DNA of 64,000 bases from Octopus vulgaris (GCA_951406725.2 OX597824.1:32550001-32614000); one strand, 5' to 3'; counted from the first letter of the stretch, positions 1-45,067 are shown. Translations and numbers: made by a program. Notes: generated from the sequence alone by a model not told the origin.

Positions 1-138
1 AAATGGCAGTTACTAGGATTTTTACAGTAGCACTTTGGACTGCAGTCATATCTATTAGATTAATTGAATTACAATATTCCAATTAACAAGCTATGATAAA
101 TGGAAAAAAATTAAGCTAATGTTTGAAGATTTACTCAC

Positions 139-30007
<29,869 letters not shown>

Positions 30008-31123
30008 TCAAGCAAATAAGTTTGTCTTGGTTTCTCTTCATATTGTATCATTAAATGTTTGCATAAAAAATGTTAATAGCTCTTGCTATCAGATATTAAA
30101 ACCTCATTAAGTAAATATATTTTCACTGAGGTGTCTTTATTAAGATGGTAGGGTGTAGCTTTGGTGTGTGTGGGGGATTTGGCTGTTATTTCTAGTAGGT
30201 GAAGCAACAATGTACTGAAGAGGCCTTGGTCAAGGATAATCATATCCCTTGGGCATGGGATCACCCAATGGCTAAAGGTATGAAACTGAAACCCAATCTC
30301 TGGTATTGATTTCTATAAAACAAATATGATAATGAATTTATTTCCTGTTCTCTTCCTGCAACCCGAATCTAAAAAAAAACAAACAATTCGAGTTGAGGAG
30401 AAACCAAGTCTCCTGACTTCAAGTGGATAGATCTTTCCATAGCTAAAACCAAAGTTTTGAAATATTTTGAAGTTATATTGTACATTGTAGAACTGGGCAA
30501 TGATGATGACCTTTTAAATTCTGTTTTAACGAGTACGAAGACATGTGGCTTAGTGGTTCAGGTAGTCAGCTCAAGATCATACGGTCATGAGTTCAATTCC
30601 CAGTGACACATTGTATCCTTAAGCAAGACACTTTATTTCATGTTGCTCCAGTCCTCTCAGTTGATAAAAATTAGTTGTACCTGTAATTCAAAGGGCCAGC
30701 CTTGTCACATTCTATGTCATATTGAATCTTCCTGAAAGCTATGTTAAGGGTACATGTGTCTGTGGAGGGCTCAGCCAGTTTTATGTTAATTTCATGAGCA
30801 GGCTGTCCTGTTGATCAGATCAACTGGAACCCACATCATCAGTTTTTTTTTGTTTTTTGATGAGTCTGGTAGTAATCCGGTTGATTGAACATCTGAAAAC
30901 TCACTGTCAAATTGTCCTGACTGAAATATATCATTATCATCCTCGTTTAACATCCATATTTCCATGCTCACATGGGTCAGATGGAATGTTTTGAGGCAGA
31001 TTTTCTATAGCCAGATGACTTTTCTGTTATCATCTCCCACCTGTTTCCATGAAAGGTATTATTGACAACATTGCTTGTCAAAATGGTGAAGCTCTTTGAC
31101 AACCTCACATGGTGCCTAGACAA

Positions 31124-31181
<58 letters not shown>

Positions 31182-33257
31182 ATATGACAGGCTTGTTTTA
31201 GTTTCCAATGACCAAATTCTCTTACAAGACTTTGGTCAGGCAGGAACTTGTCCAAGCGCAGCACAGTAGGACTGAATCTAAGAACACAGAAATATATTGT
31301 GCTTGAGAAGACTCGGCAAGTGCAAGTAAGACCATAACCTTGTGGCCTATGCCAGGGTTGTAACCAGTCCACTTATGCGTGCCTTTCCTTCATTGGACAC
31401 TAAACTCTGCTTGCGAAGACCTGTTGAGGTAAGTGAAATCGAAATTGAAATCAAGTTCGATGACTGACATCCATGCTAGTGGAGCGCTAAGAGCACCATC
31501 CAAGCATGATTGTTGCCAGAGCAGCCAACTGGCTTCTGTGGCAGTGGCAAGTTAAAGCACCATTCGGGCATGATTGTTACCTGCGTCGCTTTACTAGCAC
31601 TTGTGCTGGTGGCATGTGAAAAAAACATTTGAGCAAGGTTGTTGCCAGTGCCGCTGGACTGGCTCCTGTGCAGGTGGCACATAAAAAGCACCATTTGAGC
31701 ATGGTCATTGCCAGTACCACCTGAATGGCCTTCATGCCGGTGGCACATAAAAGCACCCACTACACTCTCAGAGTGGTTGGTGTTAGGAAGGGGCATCCAG
31801 CTGTAGAAACTCTGCCAGATCAGATTGGAGTCTGGTGCAGCCATCTGGTTCGCCAGTCCTCAGTCAAATCATCCAACCCATGCTAGCATGGAAAGCGGAC
31901 ATTAAACGATGATGATGATGATGACATGCTTGGAAAGTAAGCTTCTTAACAATACAGCCTTGTAGTTTCGTTATATTATTTATTTTTATACTTATTTGGC
32001 TGAAGAAACCGATGAAAAATATCTCTACCAATATTACATTTAATTTACAACTAATAAATTCTCAGAAATGTGAAAAAGAAAACCCTGATAAATTTTAGGA
32101 ATTAAATATTTTATTTGAACTAAATATTTTATAAGTTTTTACACTGAAATTGATATTTATTTTATTTGAATTGGAACAAAAATGAAGATAGTTATACACA
32201 GAAGACTATATGTATAGTTATATTCTAATATCTACTGTATAACATGTTAGTTTTTGCTTTATATCTCCAAAAAATATAATTATAAAATTGAGATTTTAAT
32301 GACGTGATTGTTCACTTTTAGAATGTCATTGTAGGGTAGACGTGAGAAGTCACATTTGGCCAGTTTGAATATAAAACATAGAATATCTAGATAGATCTGG
32401 TTAGGATGAACATAAAACAAGTAAAATATTTAGGCCAAATATGGTCAGTTTAAATGCTCAAATATTAATAGGGTTCCTTGTTTTGATTTTGTTAAAAATA
32501 AGATTACTTTGGTTTTTAAATATGGAAGATAATCTTTTGGCCTCAAATTTAGATTTAATATGATGCAACAAAATTTATGTCTTTGACATAAAATAAAGAT
32601 ATAAGCTTATTTCAAATATCATAAATAGCAAATATTTAGGAAAAAAAAAAAGATGAAATTTTCACTAATATTTTCAAAATTTCATTTAATATCTGGCAAG
32701 AAAGAAACAGTATATCTTCACATTCATGAAACATTTGTTACTTAAACATGATGAAAGCACAAAGAGAAAAAAAAATTGAGTAATAAAAAAAAAATATTTT
32801 TTACATGAAATTGCGAAGATAAAGATGGAATTCAAAATGGTTGAGCACTGAAGATGCAACACAAAGCAGATGAAAAGTGAAAAGAAAAAAGAAGCATGAG
32901 AAACCGATTCTCAGTCACAAAAAAATATAAAAGAAAAAAAGAAATGTTTCGGCACTAATGATGACAGAAAAGCAACAGCTAGCTCACCAAATATGAAGAT
33001 TAGAAAACAGAGATTGAAACGAAACCTAAAGAGATGTCGTTGCTCGCAATGAAAACAATGAGAATAATAGAAAATAGAAAATAAAAGACAATGGTGATGA
33101 TGATGGTGGTGGTGGTGGTGGTGATGATGATGATAGGAATGAGAGAAAAATATGGTAAATTACATTTTATACTAAAACAAAATTATAAGGAATAAAACAG
33201 AATAAAATTAATAAGTTGGACATAATAAATAAATAAATAAAATTCTAAAACGAAAGT

Positions 33258-33424
<167 letters not shown>

Positions 33425-36400
33425 CAAATTAGGAAGAAAGCACAGGAAAATGAAGAAAAGATTTTGTTTTATTGTTTCTGCTTCAGAAAACAAAAGCTAA
33501 TGAAGGAGAAAAAAGAGAGAAAAAAATTATATATAAAAATATATTTGTGCGTGTGTGAAAGCTTTTGTTAATGAAATGAAAAAAGAGAAAATGAATTATT
33601 AGGTGAAGCTATTAATTCAAAATCGTTTTATTCTTGTAAAATATTAACCTCTATAAAAACATAGATTTCAAAATTGACACCTAATTATCTGCTATACAGC
33701 AATTAGCTAGCAGTAATTGCAAGAACAGTCACATTATTCAGTCACATTATATTTATTGGCAAAACTTTGCTTTCTTTAGTGTCAGATATTATCAAAAATA
33801 TCTAATGATGCTGATGTACTTTTATAATAATTTTCATCACCAGCCTTACTTCTGCCAATTTTTTTCCTATACTCATAAACAATCTTCTTGAAACCTGTTA
33901 TTTTCATTAAAAGTGAATGAAAATTGCAGTAAAGATTTTAGCTACCAACTTTTATCCGCAACTAAAATTATGCCCTTAGTTAAGAATTTTTAAATTCTTT
34001 TCAAAATATCTCTAGCATTTTTCAATTTCAAAAAATAGCCAGAGAAAAAAAAAACACACACACATCAGGTGAGTTTTTCTTTTGAAGGAAGTGGAAACCC
34101 TTCAGTTTCATAACAATTAAGATCTTGATATTATCCAAGAGCAATAGGGCAGCAAGCTGGCAGAAACGTTAGCATACTGGGCAAAATGTCAAGTGACATT
34201 TTGTTTGTCTCCATGTTCTGGGTTCAAATTCTGTCAAGGTTGACTCTGCCTTTCATCTTTTCGGGGTCAATAAAATAAGTACCAGTCAAGCACTAGGGTC
34301 AATGTGATTGATTTACTCCCTCTCCAAACTTTCTGGCTCTGTACCAAAATTTGAAACCGCTTTTATCAAAGAGTAATATTACTGTTTTGAAATGATAACA
34401 AGGATTAGAGGTTCAGAGTTAAAGTGCTAATCCTGAGATTATGAAATCCAAATTTAGAAAAGAAAGAAGGTTAAATGAATGATCAAAAGAAAAGTACCAG
34501 AATTTACTGATGCATATTGATTTGATTATTGATCATAGAAGCATATTGATTGTAAGGCGCTGGGTGATAATTTTAACTTTTACTTTTTTCAGTTATTGGA
34601 ATGGGACCGTGCTAAGGCAGCACCTTGAAGTGTTTTAGTGGAACAAAACCATCATAACACCTACATTTTTTATAAAGTCTGGTACTTATTTCAGCAATGT
34701 CTTTTGATGACCTGCCAAGTTATGGGGACATAAACAAACTGACACAAGTGGTGACAACACCCCCACCCCCCCACACACACACACAACAGTGTTCCACACA
34801 GTTCCTATCTACCAAATTTCATCAAAATGCATAGGTTGTCCCAGGGCACAATGCTATGAGATTGAAGCTGAAAGCATGTGGATGCAAAATGAGCTTCTTA
34901 AGCAAACAGTTATGCTTGCATCTATGCTAAGGAGAATTTAAATACAAAAATTATATTAATCAGCAGTGGAATGACAAAACTTGTACTTCTTGGTAATGGA
35001 ATATTACTTGTAGTATTTAGTTACCAAGGTCACTTTGTCATTAATTTTTTGAGGGTCAATGCAGTAACATTCCAATAAAGTACTGGAATTGATTTATATT
35101 CCCATACTACATCCCAGAGGTGTTCTTAAATCTGTTTTAGCCTTCATGACCACAGCCATTCTGGACATCATCTAATTGTGAACGGAATAATAATGGATGT
35201 TGTAAACTTAGTTCAGTTTCCCTCGAGTATACTTTTAATGAATTTTCATCAGATGTCTCCAAACAGGACAATAATTATTTGATAAGCTAATGTAGTCATT
35301 GACCAGCATCTGCAAAAAATCTGCTTGTTTTTTTTTGGTTTTCTCTTTCTGATCATGTAATAATTTCTATGCTTAAACCTTCAAATGTGTGAACAGAGTA
35401 ATATTTTCTTCTAGTTATATGGCAATTTCATGCTTTCAACCTTTTGTCATTGACACTCAGCATGCCAACAGATTATAGTTGGGATTCTTTATATTTCTTC
35501 GTTCTTGCCCTGTCATTTTTAGAGAAGAAATACTGTTTTCTGCTCCTATTAAGCTTCTAAACAAAGCCTCCTGCTATTTACACATGCCTGCTTTGAAGCA
35601 CAGCCCCTGCTATTTTCCTTCTTTCTTTTTTTATCCTATACACAACTATGCTATGAAGGTAATTGTTGATGGTTCTCAGGTATACAACAGTTATTCTTAA
35701 ACCTATAACATGTTGTTTATCCTCTATACCAATAAGCTGGGTGTGTTGCCATATTCAGTTGTATGTTATTAACATGAAGGAAAAACAAATTATTTTTCTA
35801 AAGAAAAGAACTGAAAATCGAAATTGTAAATTTGATAAAAAACGAAAAAAAAATAATAATAAAAAAAGAAGTTATATAGATTTAAAGAATAATTAAATCT
35901 AAGATATGTTATGCTGAATCCACCACATTGATTAAAGCCTATTCACAACGACATGATTTGACTGTTTTTACTGATCTATTCTAAGCAACTAAGCCTTTGA
36001 TTTTCATACCTTACTACTTTATTTCATTAAGTGATATGTTTGATCCTCATTTACAATTGAAATATACAGCTTCCTATGTTGAATACATTTGAAAAATACT
36101 TGTACTGTCGTGGCAAAGTGTTTTCTTTTGTTTAGCAAGTGCATTTTTGCATAGCATTCAATTAGATTCTAGCTATTCTTGAAATAACTTCTCTGTACAA
36201 TTCTGTATCTGTTGCCTAATACCTATTAACAGATAACCTGGTTTACACTTTAAATTAATGGAAGAATTGTAACAGAATGTTGAAACTTGAGAAGAGTTTA
36301 AGTAGCTCAGTATGAAGATGCCAAAGACTATCAGGAACAAGAAGGGGCACAGCTTATAAATTAGGCAATGCACCTTCTTGTCACTTAGATCTTTCTCAAG

Positions 36401-36976
36401 TTTCAACATTCTCTTACTTCTTTTCTTGAAGAACTGTTGCCTGGTTATCAGTAGCCTGACAAACAGCATATGTTTAATACTACACAAATGACTATAATAA
36501 TGAAAAGATAGAAGACAAAGTCTGAAAATAGATCATTAGCAAATATAATAATTTACTAAACACCCATCTAAAATAAATCCTTTCAAAAGATTGTAGTTGT
36601 GGATTTTGACACTCATCATACATTCAAATGTGATTCTTGTATTGTCTACTAAACTGAAGCATGCAGAGCAGTGTCATTGTCTTCTTAATCATTAGCATAA
36701 TTGCACAATAGTATCTTGCAGATGGCATCTAAATTATGATCTCTGATAATGGTTTATTCTTATTGTTTCTTTCTTTAGATTATTATCCTTGACTTTATAG
36801 AAAATTACTGCAGCTGACCTATTATTCATCAGTTCTTAGCTGACAGTCATTTAATCAATACCAGATCTATATCATTACAAAATCTACATCATTGACTGTA
36901 AAAAGAGCCAGCTGATGAGAAATTCTAGCTTCCTCCTCCATTTATGAAGACAGAGGTAATAATAATTTCCACTCAC

Positions 36977-37006
36977 CAACAAAGTCACCAATGTCATTGC
37001 AGTCAA
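36977..37006 (-). CDS. Candidate 30-nt alternative RyR microexon (V)DCNDIGDFV(G)
   Basis: ttaattag acceptor after a long U-rich tract with no AG for about 134 nt, G|gtgagt donor, symmetric phase 1 matching the host intron, no stop. Confidence 0.55.
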
Positions 37007-37941
37007 CTAATTAACAGAAACAAAAATAAAAAAAACAAAAAAAAAACAATTCAAATCAAGAAACAAAAGTAAAAAAAAACACAGTGAAACAAGCAAAATA
37101 AATAATGAACAAAAATATAGACAACAATGATAAAACAGAAAACTGACAATTTTTCATATCAAACTCAGAAACATAACAGAGACAAAATTACAAAAATCAA
37201 TTGCAAACATCATATTAGTAACATCACATCTCATGCTGCACTCATCAAACAAGGTAGCAAAACAGCAAAGGACATGAAAATGTTCCCGTTCACCATTTGT
37301 GTGAGGTCAGCCATTGCGAATATAATGAAATGTAGAAGCACAGTTAATTAGGATAATTATTGTAAATGACAAAATTTACATCCTTTGTACTGATATATAT
37401 ATATCTTTGTTCTGCTTAACAAGTCATACAGATGCTGGGTCTTTACACTTTACTTCAAGAATATTATTGTAGCTAGTAGGTACATGCCTAAGCTTAATTG
37501 TTTGAACAGAACTATATCAACCGGGAACATTAATTATATGATGATCAGTTATATAATATAATTATTACTGTCAATGAATTTGCTACAATTTCTTTTTCTT
37601 AATTACACCGATTATAATTGGCTTCAAAGACTTCTGAACTTCTTCAAAGACCATGGAATGCTTAGATGTCCATGGTATATATTCTACTTTGTGGCATAAT
37701 TTGCAGCTCCCATTACTAATTCTGCATTACTCCATTACTAATCTCTGTATGGCTTCTAACCTCTTTCAACATGTATTATATAAGTGATTACACAAGAAAT
37801 AAACATTTGTCAAGCATCAAATTTTACACCTGAATTGTTAACCAAATATTCCTCTATTTTCCATATTATTTCCCCAGAAACCAAATAATAGTAACAGTAA
37901 AATGAATATAATACATATAATATTATATAGATATTATGTAT

Positions 37942-37988
<47 letters not shown>

Positions 37989-38022
37989 ATATATATATAC
38001 ATAAATATATACATATGTACTC

Positions 38023-38053
<31 letters not shown>

Positions 38054-38106
38054 CACATATATATGCATACATAGTGTAATGTAGTATATATACTTAAATA
38101 TATATA

Positions 38107-39059
38107 TTAGGTCATTTAATAAATAATACAGTTTTTTCAATTGCATGAACAATTGCATGTCAGAGGGGGACAGGATAAACTACCTGGATCATCTTGCTAT
38201 AAAAGCAGGTAGTAATTTTACCTTGTCCTTATTCTTAGTACAAGTTTTGAAGAGTGCAGTTCGATTTCATCAAATATTTTTTCAAAGCTATAATGGAAGT
38301 GACAAAGGACCATATTTGGAATATTTTATTTTATGAGTTCAGTAAAGACAACAACAGAATGGAAAGTGTGAGGAATATTAATGCAGCTTTGTCCTGGAAG
38401 ATCTGTAGAGCTCATTGATGACATCCTGCAAATCATGGAGGAATAAAATCCCATTGTAACTGTTGAGGAACTAGCAAAGAAGCTTGGATTTGGTCATCCA
38501 ACCATTCATTGACACTTGCATGCCATCAGAAAAGTCAGCAAATTAGGTCAATGGATACTTCACAAACTTTCCAAGTCTAATTGCATGCAGAGAGTAAATG
38601 TGTGCTCTTCTTTGCAGTCACGAGTCATGAATGAAACTTTTTTTGGACTGAATAGTGACTGGTGATGAGAAATGGGTTCTCTATAAAAATGTCAAGTACT
38701 GAAGGCAGTGGGCAGGGAAAGGAGAAACACAGGCACCCCAGGCTAAAGAAGGTCTTCACCCACGTAAGGTGTTGTTAACTGTTTGGTGGAATATGAAAGG
38801 TTTAGTCCACTTTGAACTTTTAAACCCAAACCAAATGATAACAAAGGAAATCTACTGTGAGCAGCTTCAGCTGGTTAAGCCAGAACAGTACTGGAGGAGT
38901 ATTTTTCGTCATGAACAAGTGCATTTTAGAAGAGGGGCCTTGCAAGATAGATGGAAGAACATTGTTGATAATGAAGGAGAGTACATTTTAGATTAAAAAG
39001 AACTTTATCTTAATTTTGAAAAATAAAAGAACTATAAAAAACGGCATTATTTATGGCAT

Positions 39060-39064
<5 letters not shown>
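38107..39064 (+). mobile_element. Degenerate mariner transposon (transposase pseudogene)
   Basis: IVTGDEKWVLY and LHPRKVLLTVWWNMKGLVHFELL motifs, decayed WVPHEL (WILHKL), stops and deletions; degenerate 30-bp TIRs within TA runs. Confidence 0.9.
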
Positions 39065-39116
<52 letters not shown>

Positions 39117-39138
39117 CATACATACATTGTGTAATGTA

Positions 39139-39174
<36 letters not shown>

Positions 39175-42100
39175 TATAATATATATAATAATGATCACAG
39201 TTCTATAAAATAAATTGTTAATTTGATCAACTATCTGTGATTTGCAGTATAAGGGCAGTTGATTGATAGAATTGGTGGTGTGACAGACAAAATGCTTTGT
39301 AGTATTTAGTTCTGTCCTTTGATATTTGAGTTTGTATTTTTTGGGAGTTGATTTTTTCCTGCCATTCTTCTGTAATCAATAAAATAATTTCCAGTCAAAT
39401 ACACCATCAGCAACCACTGGACAATAATTTCTCAGTTCCTTGAGCCCATAGAGCTGGCTACCTGGTCTTCATAGTAAATAAGTGACTCAAATCACTCATA
39501 TGCTATGGACACTAGTCCATTGCAGGTTACACACTGCTGAGTGAACTGGAACAATGTGAAATGAAGTGTTTTGCTCAAGGGCACAATACACCACCTGATC
39601 CAAGAATCGAAACCCTGATCTTGCAATTACAAATGAAACACTCTACCCACTATTCAAGTACAGGAATTGATTGAAATCACTGTACTATCCACCAAAATTT
39701 GAACTCATGCTAGAAACAATTATATATAAAGCATACAATATTTGAGTAAAGTGATGAGCTGGCAGAATCATTAGCATGCTGGGCAAAATGCTTAGCATCA
39801 TTTTGTCCATCTTTACATTCTGTATTCAAATTCTGCCATGGTCGATTTTGCTTTTCATCCTTTTGGGCTCGATAAAATAAGTACCAGTTGAGCACTGGGA
39901 TTGATGTAATCTACTTATTGTGAAATTGCTGGCCTTCAACCAAAATTGCAAACCAATATTAAATATTTTAGTATCTTTTGATTGTTGCCCACAAAAAAAA
40001 AATCGATCCATAATGTATTGGAATATCATATACATGATACTCCAATAACTCTAAATTAAATATGATGCTCCTTATAACTACATTCACTAGCAGATACCCA
40101 TTTCCTCACACTTATACAACCCCTTCTCTGGTTACCCATTTTGTATCCCCAAAATTCTTAGTTCCTGCACTAGTCACTACATCCAGTTTTTTTCTTTCCT
40201 AAGACTTTGCCTCTCTAGAATACCATTCCTTTCCATATTTTTTCCACAGCTTTGACTTGTAAATAACAATATTGGTCACATCAAGGATCTGTGAACAATA
40301 TGTGAAAACAATGGTTGCATCTTGGCCTTCTTCCACATCAAACTAGTGAAAAAAGGGTGGTAGTCAATATTACACTTAGTTGGTGCAGGTTGGCAGTGTA
40401 GTAAGAAGCTTGCTTCTCAGCCACATAATCCAGGGTTCAGTTCCACTGTCTGACAACTTGAGCAAATATCTTCTGCTATAGCCTCAGGTTGACCAAAGCC
40501 TAGTGCATGGATTTGGAAGACAGAAATTGAAGGGAGCCTGTTGCATCATCATCATCATCATCATTTAACGTCCGTTTTCCATGCTAGCATGGGTTGGACG
40601 GTTTTGACTGAGGGCTGGCAACCAGATGGCTGCACCAGGCTCCAGTCTTGATCTGGCAGAGTTTCTACAGCTGGATGCCCATCCTAACGCCAACCACTCC
40701 GAGAGCATAGTGGATGCTTTTTACGTGCCACCTGCATGGGGGCCAGTCAGGCAGTACTGGCAATGTATGTATATATGTGTGTGTGTCTTTATCTCTGTTT
40801 GACCCCAACACTGCTTGACAACTGGCGTTGGTATGCTTTCATCCATGTAACCTAGCAGTTCAGCAAAAAAGACCGACAGAGTAAGTGTCAGACTTGAAAA
40901 AAATAAGTACTGGGTTGGTTCATTTGACTAAAAAATATTTCAAGGTGGTGCCCTAGTATGGCCACACTCCGAAATAATTAAAAGTTAAAAAAATAGAAGG
41001 TACACAAACTGGGAACTTTTCACAAAAACATTCAAACCAAACAAAACTTTTTACCATGCTCTTCAGAGTGGGTTTGTGCTATCACATGCTGTAATATTTC
41101 ATCATACCATGCATGACTTTTAATATTAAAAAAAAAGAGAAAGATGATAAAAGTTTTCCAATTTATTCGAGATACAAAATTCTCTGCATTAAAATACTTC
41201 ACACTCATTGTAACTTTTATGGTCAAGCAGAAGTCTGCCACCAACTTTGGCTATTCTTAAATCAATAAAACTATTGTATGCAGCAGCTGTATTTCAACAA
41301 CTGTATCTTCTACTCTAACAATAATAATACAACAGTAGCATTGTCTTATGCTACAAGACTTTCAGTAGAAGAGACTGGATACAAAATGATATAAACCTGT
41401 CTTGCCTGCCAGTTGCATCACATACACAGAACAATTAAGTGTACACTATTCACTTCATGAGAACTTACCACTTTAGTTATTGACCTCATAATTGAGGATC
41501 AATTGAGCCATAAGTTTTCAGTCAAACAGCCTTTTAACAGCAGTTTGTACTATAATTGTTGATCAGGCCTAGTATAGCCAACGAATTAGATAAAAAAATG
41601 TTTGTGCCCCAGCATGGCCACAGAACTCTGGTTGAAACTAATAACTGAATAATAAAGAAATTTTGTGGAACTGATTATCAGATTAATGTAGGCCTTCATG
41701 GGTTGCCTTTATCAGTGTTTACTCTCATGTAAACATTCTGACTTGGCCTCTGGTCTGAATATCAGTTGATATTTTGATATCCTTCTTCTCATCACACTAA
41801 CTTATGTTATTTTGATATTTTGATATCCTACTTCTCATCACACTAACTTACGTTCAGTCACTTCTTCCTCTCTTTCTAACTAAGGCATTCAAGTTTTCAA
41901 AGAAAAAAAAAAAAAGATTGCAATCATGATACAAAAGTTATATGAATGATAAAGAAACTTATACATAGTCATCTATGCATCATCATTAATGTATCTTTTA
42001 TTTGTTTCAGTCATTAGACTGCGGCCATGCTGAGGCACCGCCTTGAAGAATTTTTAGTCAAATGAATCAATCTCAGTACTTATTTATTTTTTTAAAGTCT

Positions 42101-44339
42101 AGTACTCATTCTATCAGTCTCTTTTGCTGAACTGTTAAGTTTTAAAATAGTAACTTTATCCAAATTGACCAACATATATTTGTAGCATGATTGCAATTTT
42201 GACTGAATAACATTTTAAAATTTAAATAACAAAAATAACAATTGATATTAGAAAACAAAAAATTTAGAGTATTTAAAAAATATCATCTCTACATCTAAAT
42301 GTTCAAGTTATAATGTTTCAAACTCTCTCTATATATAATGCTTTGTACTACATTTAAAAATGTTCTTTAAAAAATTGCAGTCACTTAAACCTTTTCGTTT
42401 TTCTCATTTCATTATATCATTCCCAAAACGATAATGATAAACATTGCCCTTTTCAAGCCTAGCCAGGCTCATGGGCCCGGTTTCCCAGTTTTTGTGGTGT
42501 ATGTGTTCCCCCCAGCTGGACAGGATACCAGTCCATCACAGCGTTACTCAAGAAACTGGAAGAGAGAATGACAGAAAGTACAACAGGGGTCGCCCAAACC
42601 CAAATGCTGGAGCCTCGTGGAGCTTTTAGGTGTTTTCACTCAATAAACACACACAATTCCCGGTCTGTGAATTGAAACTGCGTTCCTCTGATAGCGAGTC
42701 CACTGCCCTAACCACTGGGACATTGCGCCTCCACATATCATTCCTATTATATCTAAAATTTACAAGCCAAATACTGTTTCAAGGTTTACTTATTATAGTT
42801 GCTTAACTCCAGGTTGCCTCGAATCAGGTAGACCTATAATCAAAGCGCTTCCAGCTATGGGTATCTCAGTCATGTTATTTCATGTAAAGTGAACAAAGAG
42901 TCACACTATCAAATCATATCAAGTGTCTCTTGATTTTTAAGACAGTGTGATATTATGAAGATTTAACCACTATTCCTAGTAGATTGTTTGATCCAATAAT
43001 CTTTCAATACAGTATCATGATTTCTGACTTAATAAGAATAACTAAACTTTTGAGATAATTTAATAAATGATTGAGAAAAAATATAGATTGCTCTACTTCT
43101 TAGAATGTGCGTCTTCTCCGGATTTATGTTTTTCTAAAAACAATATACATATATTTCGTTTTTGGATTTGTTTTATAAAATTCTTTATGTGAGTTCGTGT
43201 GTTGAAGCATATTCTGTTGTGCCTGGGGAGAGATCATTCTCTTTTAGTGCCTTATAATTTAACACACTCACTGGTAAAATTTCCACTTATTTCTTTTTTA
43301 TTTTGCTAAATTTTTCGTGCTGGTGGCACATAAAAAGTACCCACTACACTCTTGGAGTGGTTGGTGTTAGGAAGGGCATCCAGCTGAAGAAACCTTGCCA
43401 GGTCACAATGGAGCCCGGTACAGCCTCCTGGCTTGCCAGTCCTCAGTCAAACTGTCCAACCCATGCCAGCATGGAAAGCAGACGTTAAACAATGATTATG
43501 ATGATAATATATGTATGATGAGTACGTAGGAATAGATTATCCAAATGGGTACCATAAGAGCTCTCAGGTATAGTCCAGGTTATGGTTAACCTGCATATAC
43601 CCTATGCAACAGAAACATGTCAGTCATTTTAACTAATTAATTATGCTGTATAATTAAATGTTAAATTAAAAGAAAAATTTGAAGAAATCTTTGTATTCTT
43701 TGTAATTGTTTTGTATGTGTATATATATATAACTAATCTATCAGCTTCCAATTCATTTCTTCATATTGGGTGGCCCAATATCTTGTTGGTGGTAATTTAC
43801 AGATGGAAACTGTGCAGAAGTCTAACATATGAGTGTGTGTGTAGAAGGGTTGTATTTTTTGATGAAGAATGTAAACAGAAGAGATGAAACTGAAAAACTG
43901 CTACTCTTAAAGTAGTTACAAGTCCCCTATGATATCTGCTATGCACTGAGTTACAAATACTCCCTTGTCAGAAGTGCAACAAGCCGATGATAAACTTATA
44001 AAATTCCTATAACCAATAGCTGCATTGTTTGCCAATTGTGACAAATGTAACATTACAAAATTAGCAGAACTAAAAACAATTCTATGTTTGTTAAATAAAA
44101 ATGGAAAAAAAAAAAAAAAAATAGTCAAGAAATAGAGAGAAAGAGAAACTGGTTAATTTTGGAATGAGAGAGATTAGTAGAAATGTTCAGTGAAAGAAAC
44201 AAGTGAATAGATATAAACGAGTTTTAAAAATATGCAAATGATGTTATGTTTGCATTTCCAACAATACTTTCATTTTCAAAGTCCCAAAATGTCTTCTTTT
44301 TCACAATATGTATATTACATGTATGTGTGTATGTGTGTG

Positions 44340-44796
<457 letters not shown>

Positions 44797-45025
44797 CCGG
44801 AGTAAACACATAAATGTGAAAGAAGGTGGAAAAAAGAGTACTCAAATACCAGTGGTAGAGTAATATGCTTTATTTAAAGCAGCAGAAAATTCAACAAAAC
44901 CTGTTACTTTGAGTTTCACGTTCCCGTTCGTTGGACAGTTTTTGCTAGAAAAAACTGTCCGACGAACGGGAACGTGAAACTCAGAGTAACAGGTTTTGTT
45001 GAATTTTCTACTGCTTTTTAAATAT
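44797..45025. mobile_element. Fold-back element with about 72-bp inverted arms inserted in a (TA)n tract, probable Penelope-like terminus
   Basis: 44871-44943 pairs with 44949-45024; hammerhead fold in each arm; flanked by TA microsatellite. Confidence 0.7.
44955..44992 (+). ncRNA. Minimal type-I hammerhead ribozyme motif (U4C core variant) in fold-back repeat
   Basis: ctgt-CCGACGA-ACG[GGAA]CGT-GAAA-CTC[A]GAG-TA-acag: helices I, II and III all pair, GUA cleavage triplet. Confidence 0.7.
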
Positions 45026-45027
45026 AA

Positions 45028-45067
<40 letters not shown>

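Noticed and set aside
32988-33025. Possible 38-nt exon (ctctttag ... G|gtgagc)
   Set aside because: Not a multiple of 3 and has a TAA in the host phase. It could only be a poison exon, and nothing independent supports that.
37231-37314. Minus-strand ATG in good context (MADLTQM...) as an alternative RyR first exon
   Set aside because: The available donor (G|gtgaac) is phase 0 and would not join the RyR frame, and the ORF stops after 27 codons.
40200-40345. tag-TTT GAT GTG (FDV..) resembling the missing RyR FDVGLQE exon
   Set aside because: It continues FDVEEGQ with no RyR similarity and ends in a stop; more likely decayed LINE sequence.
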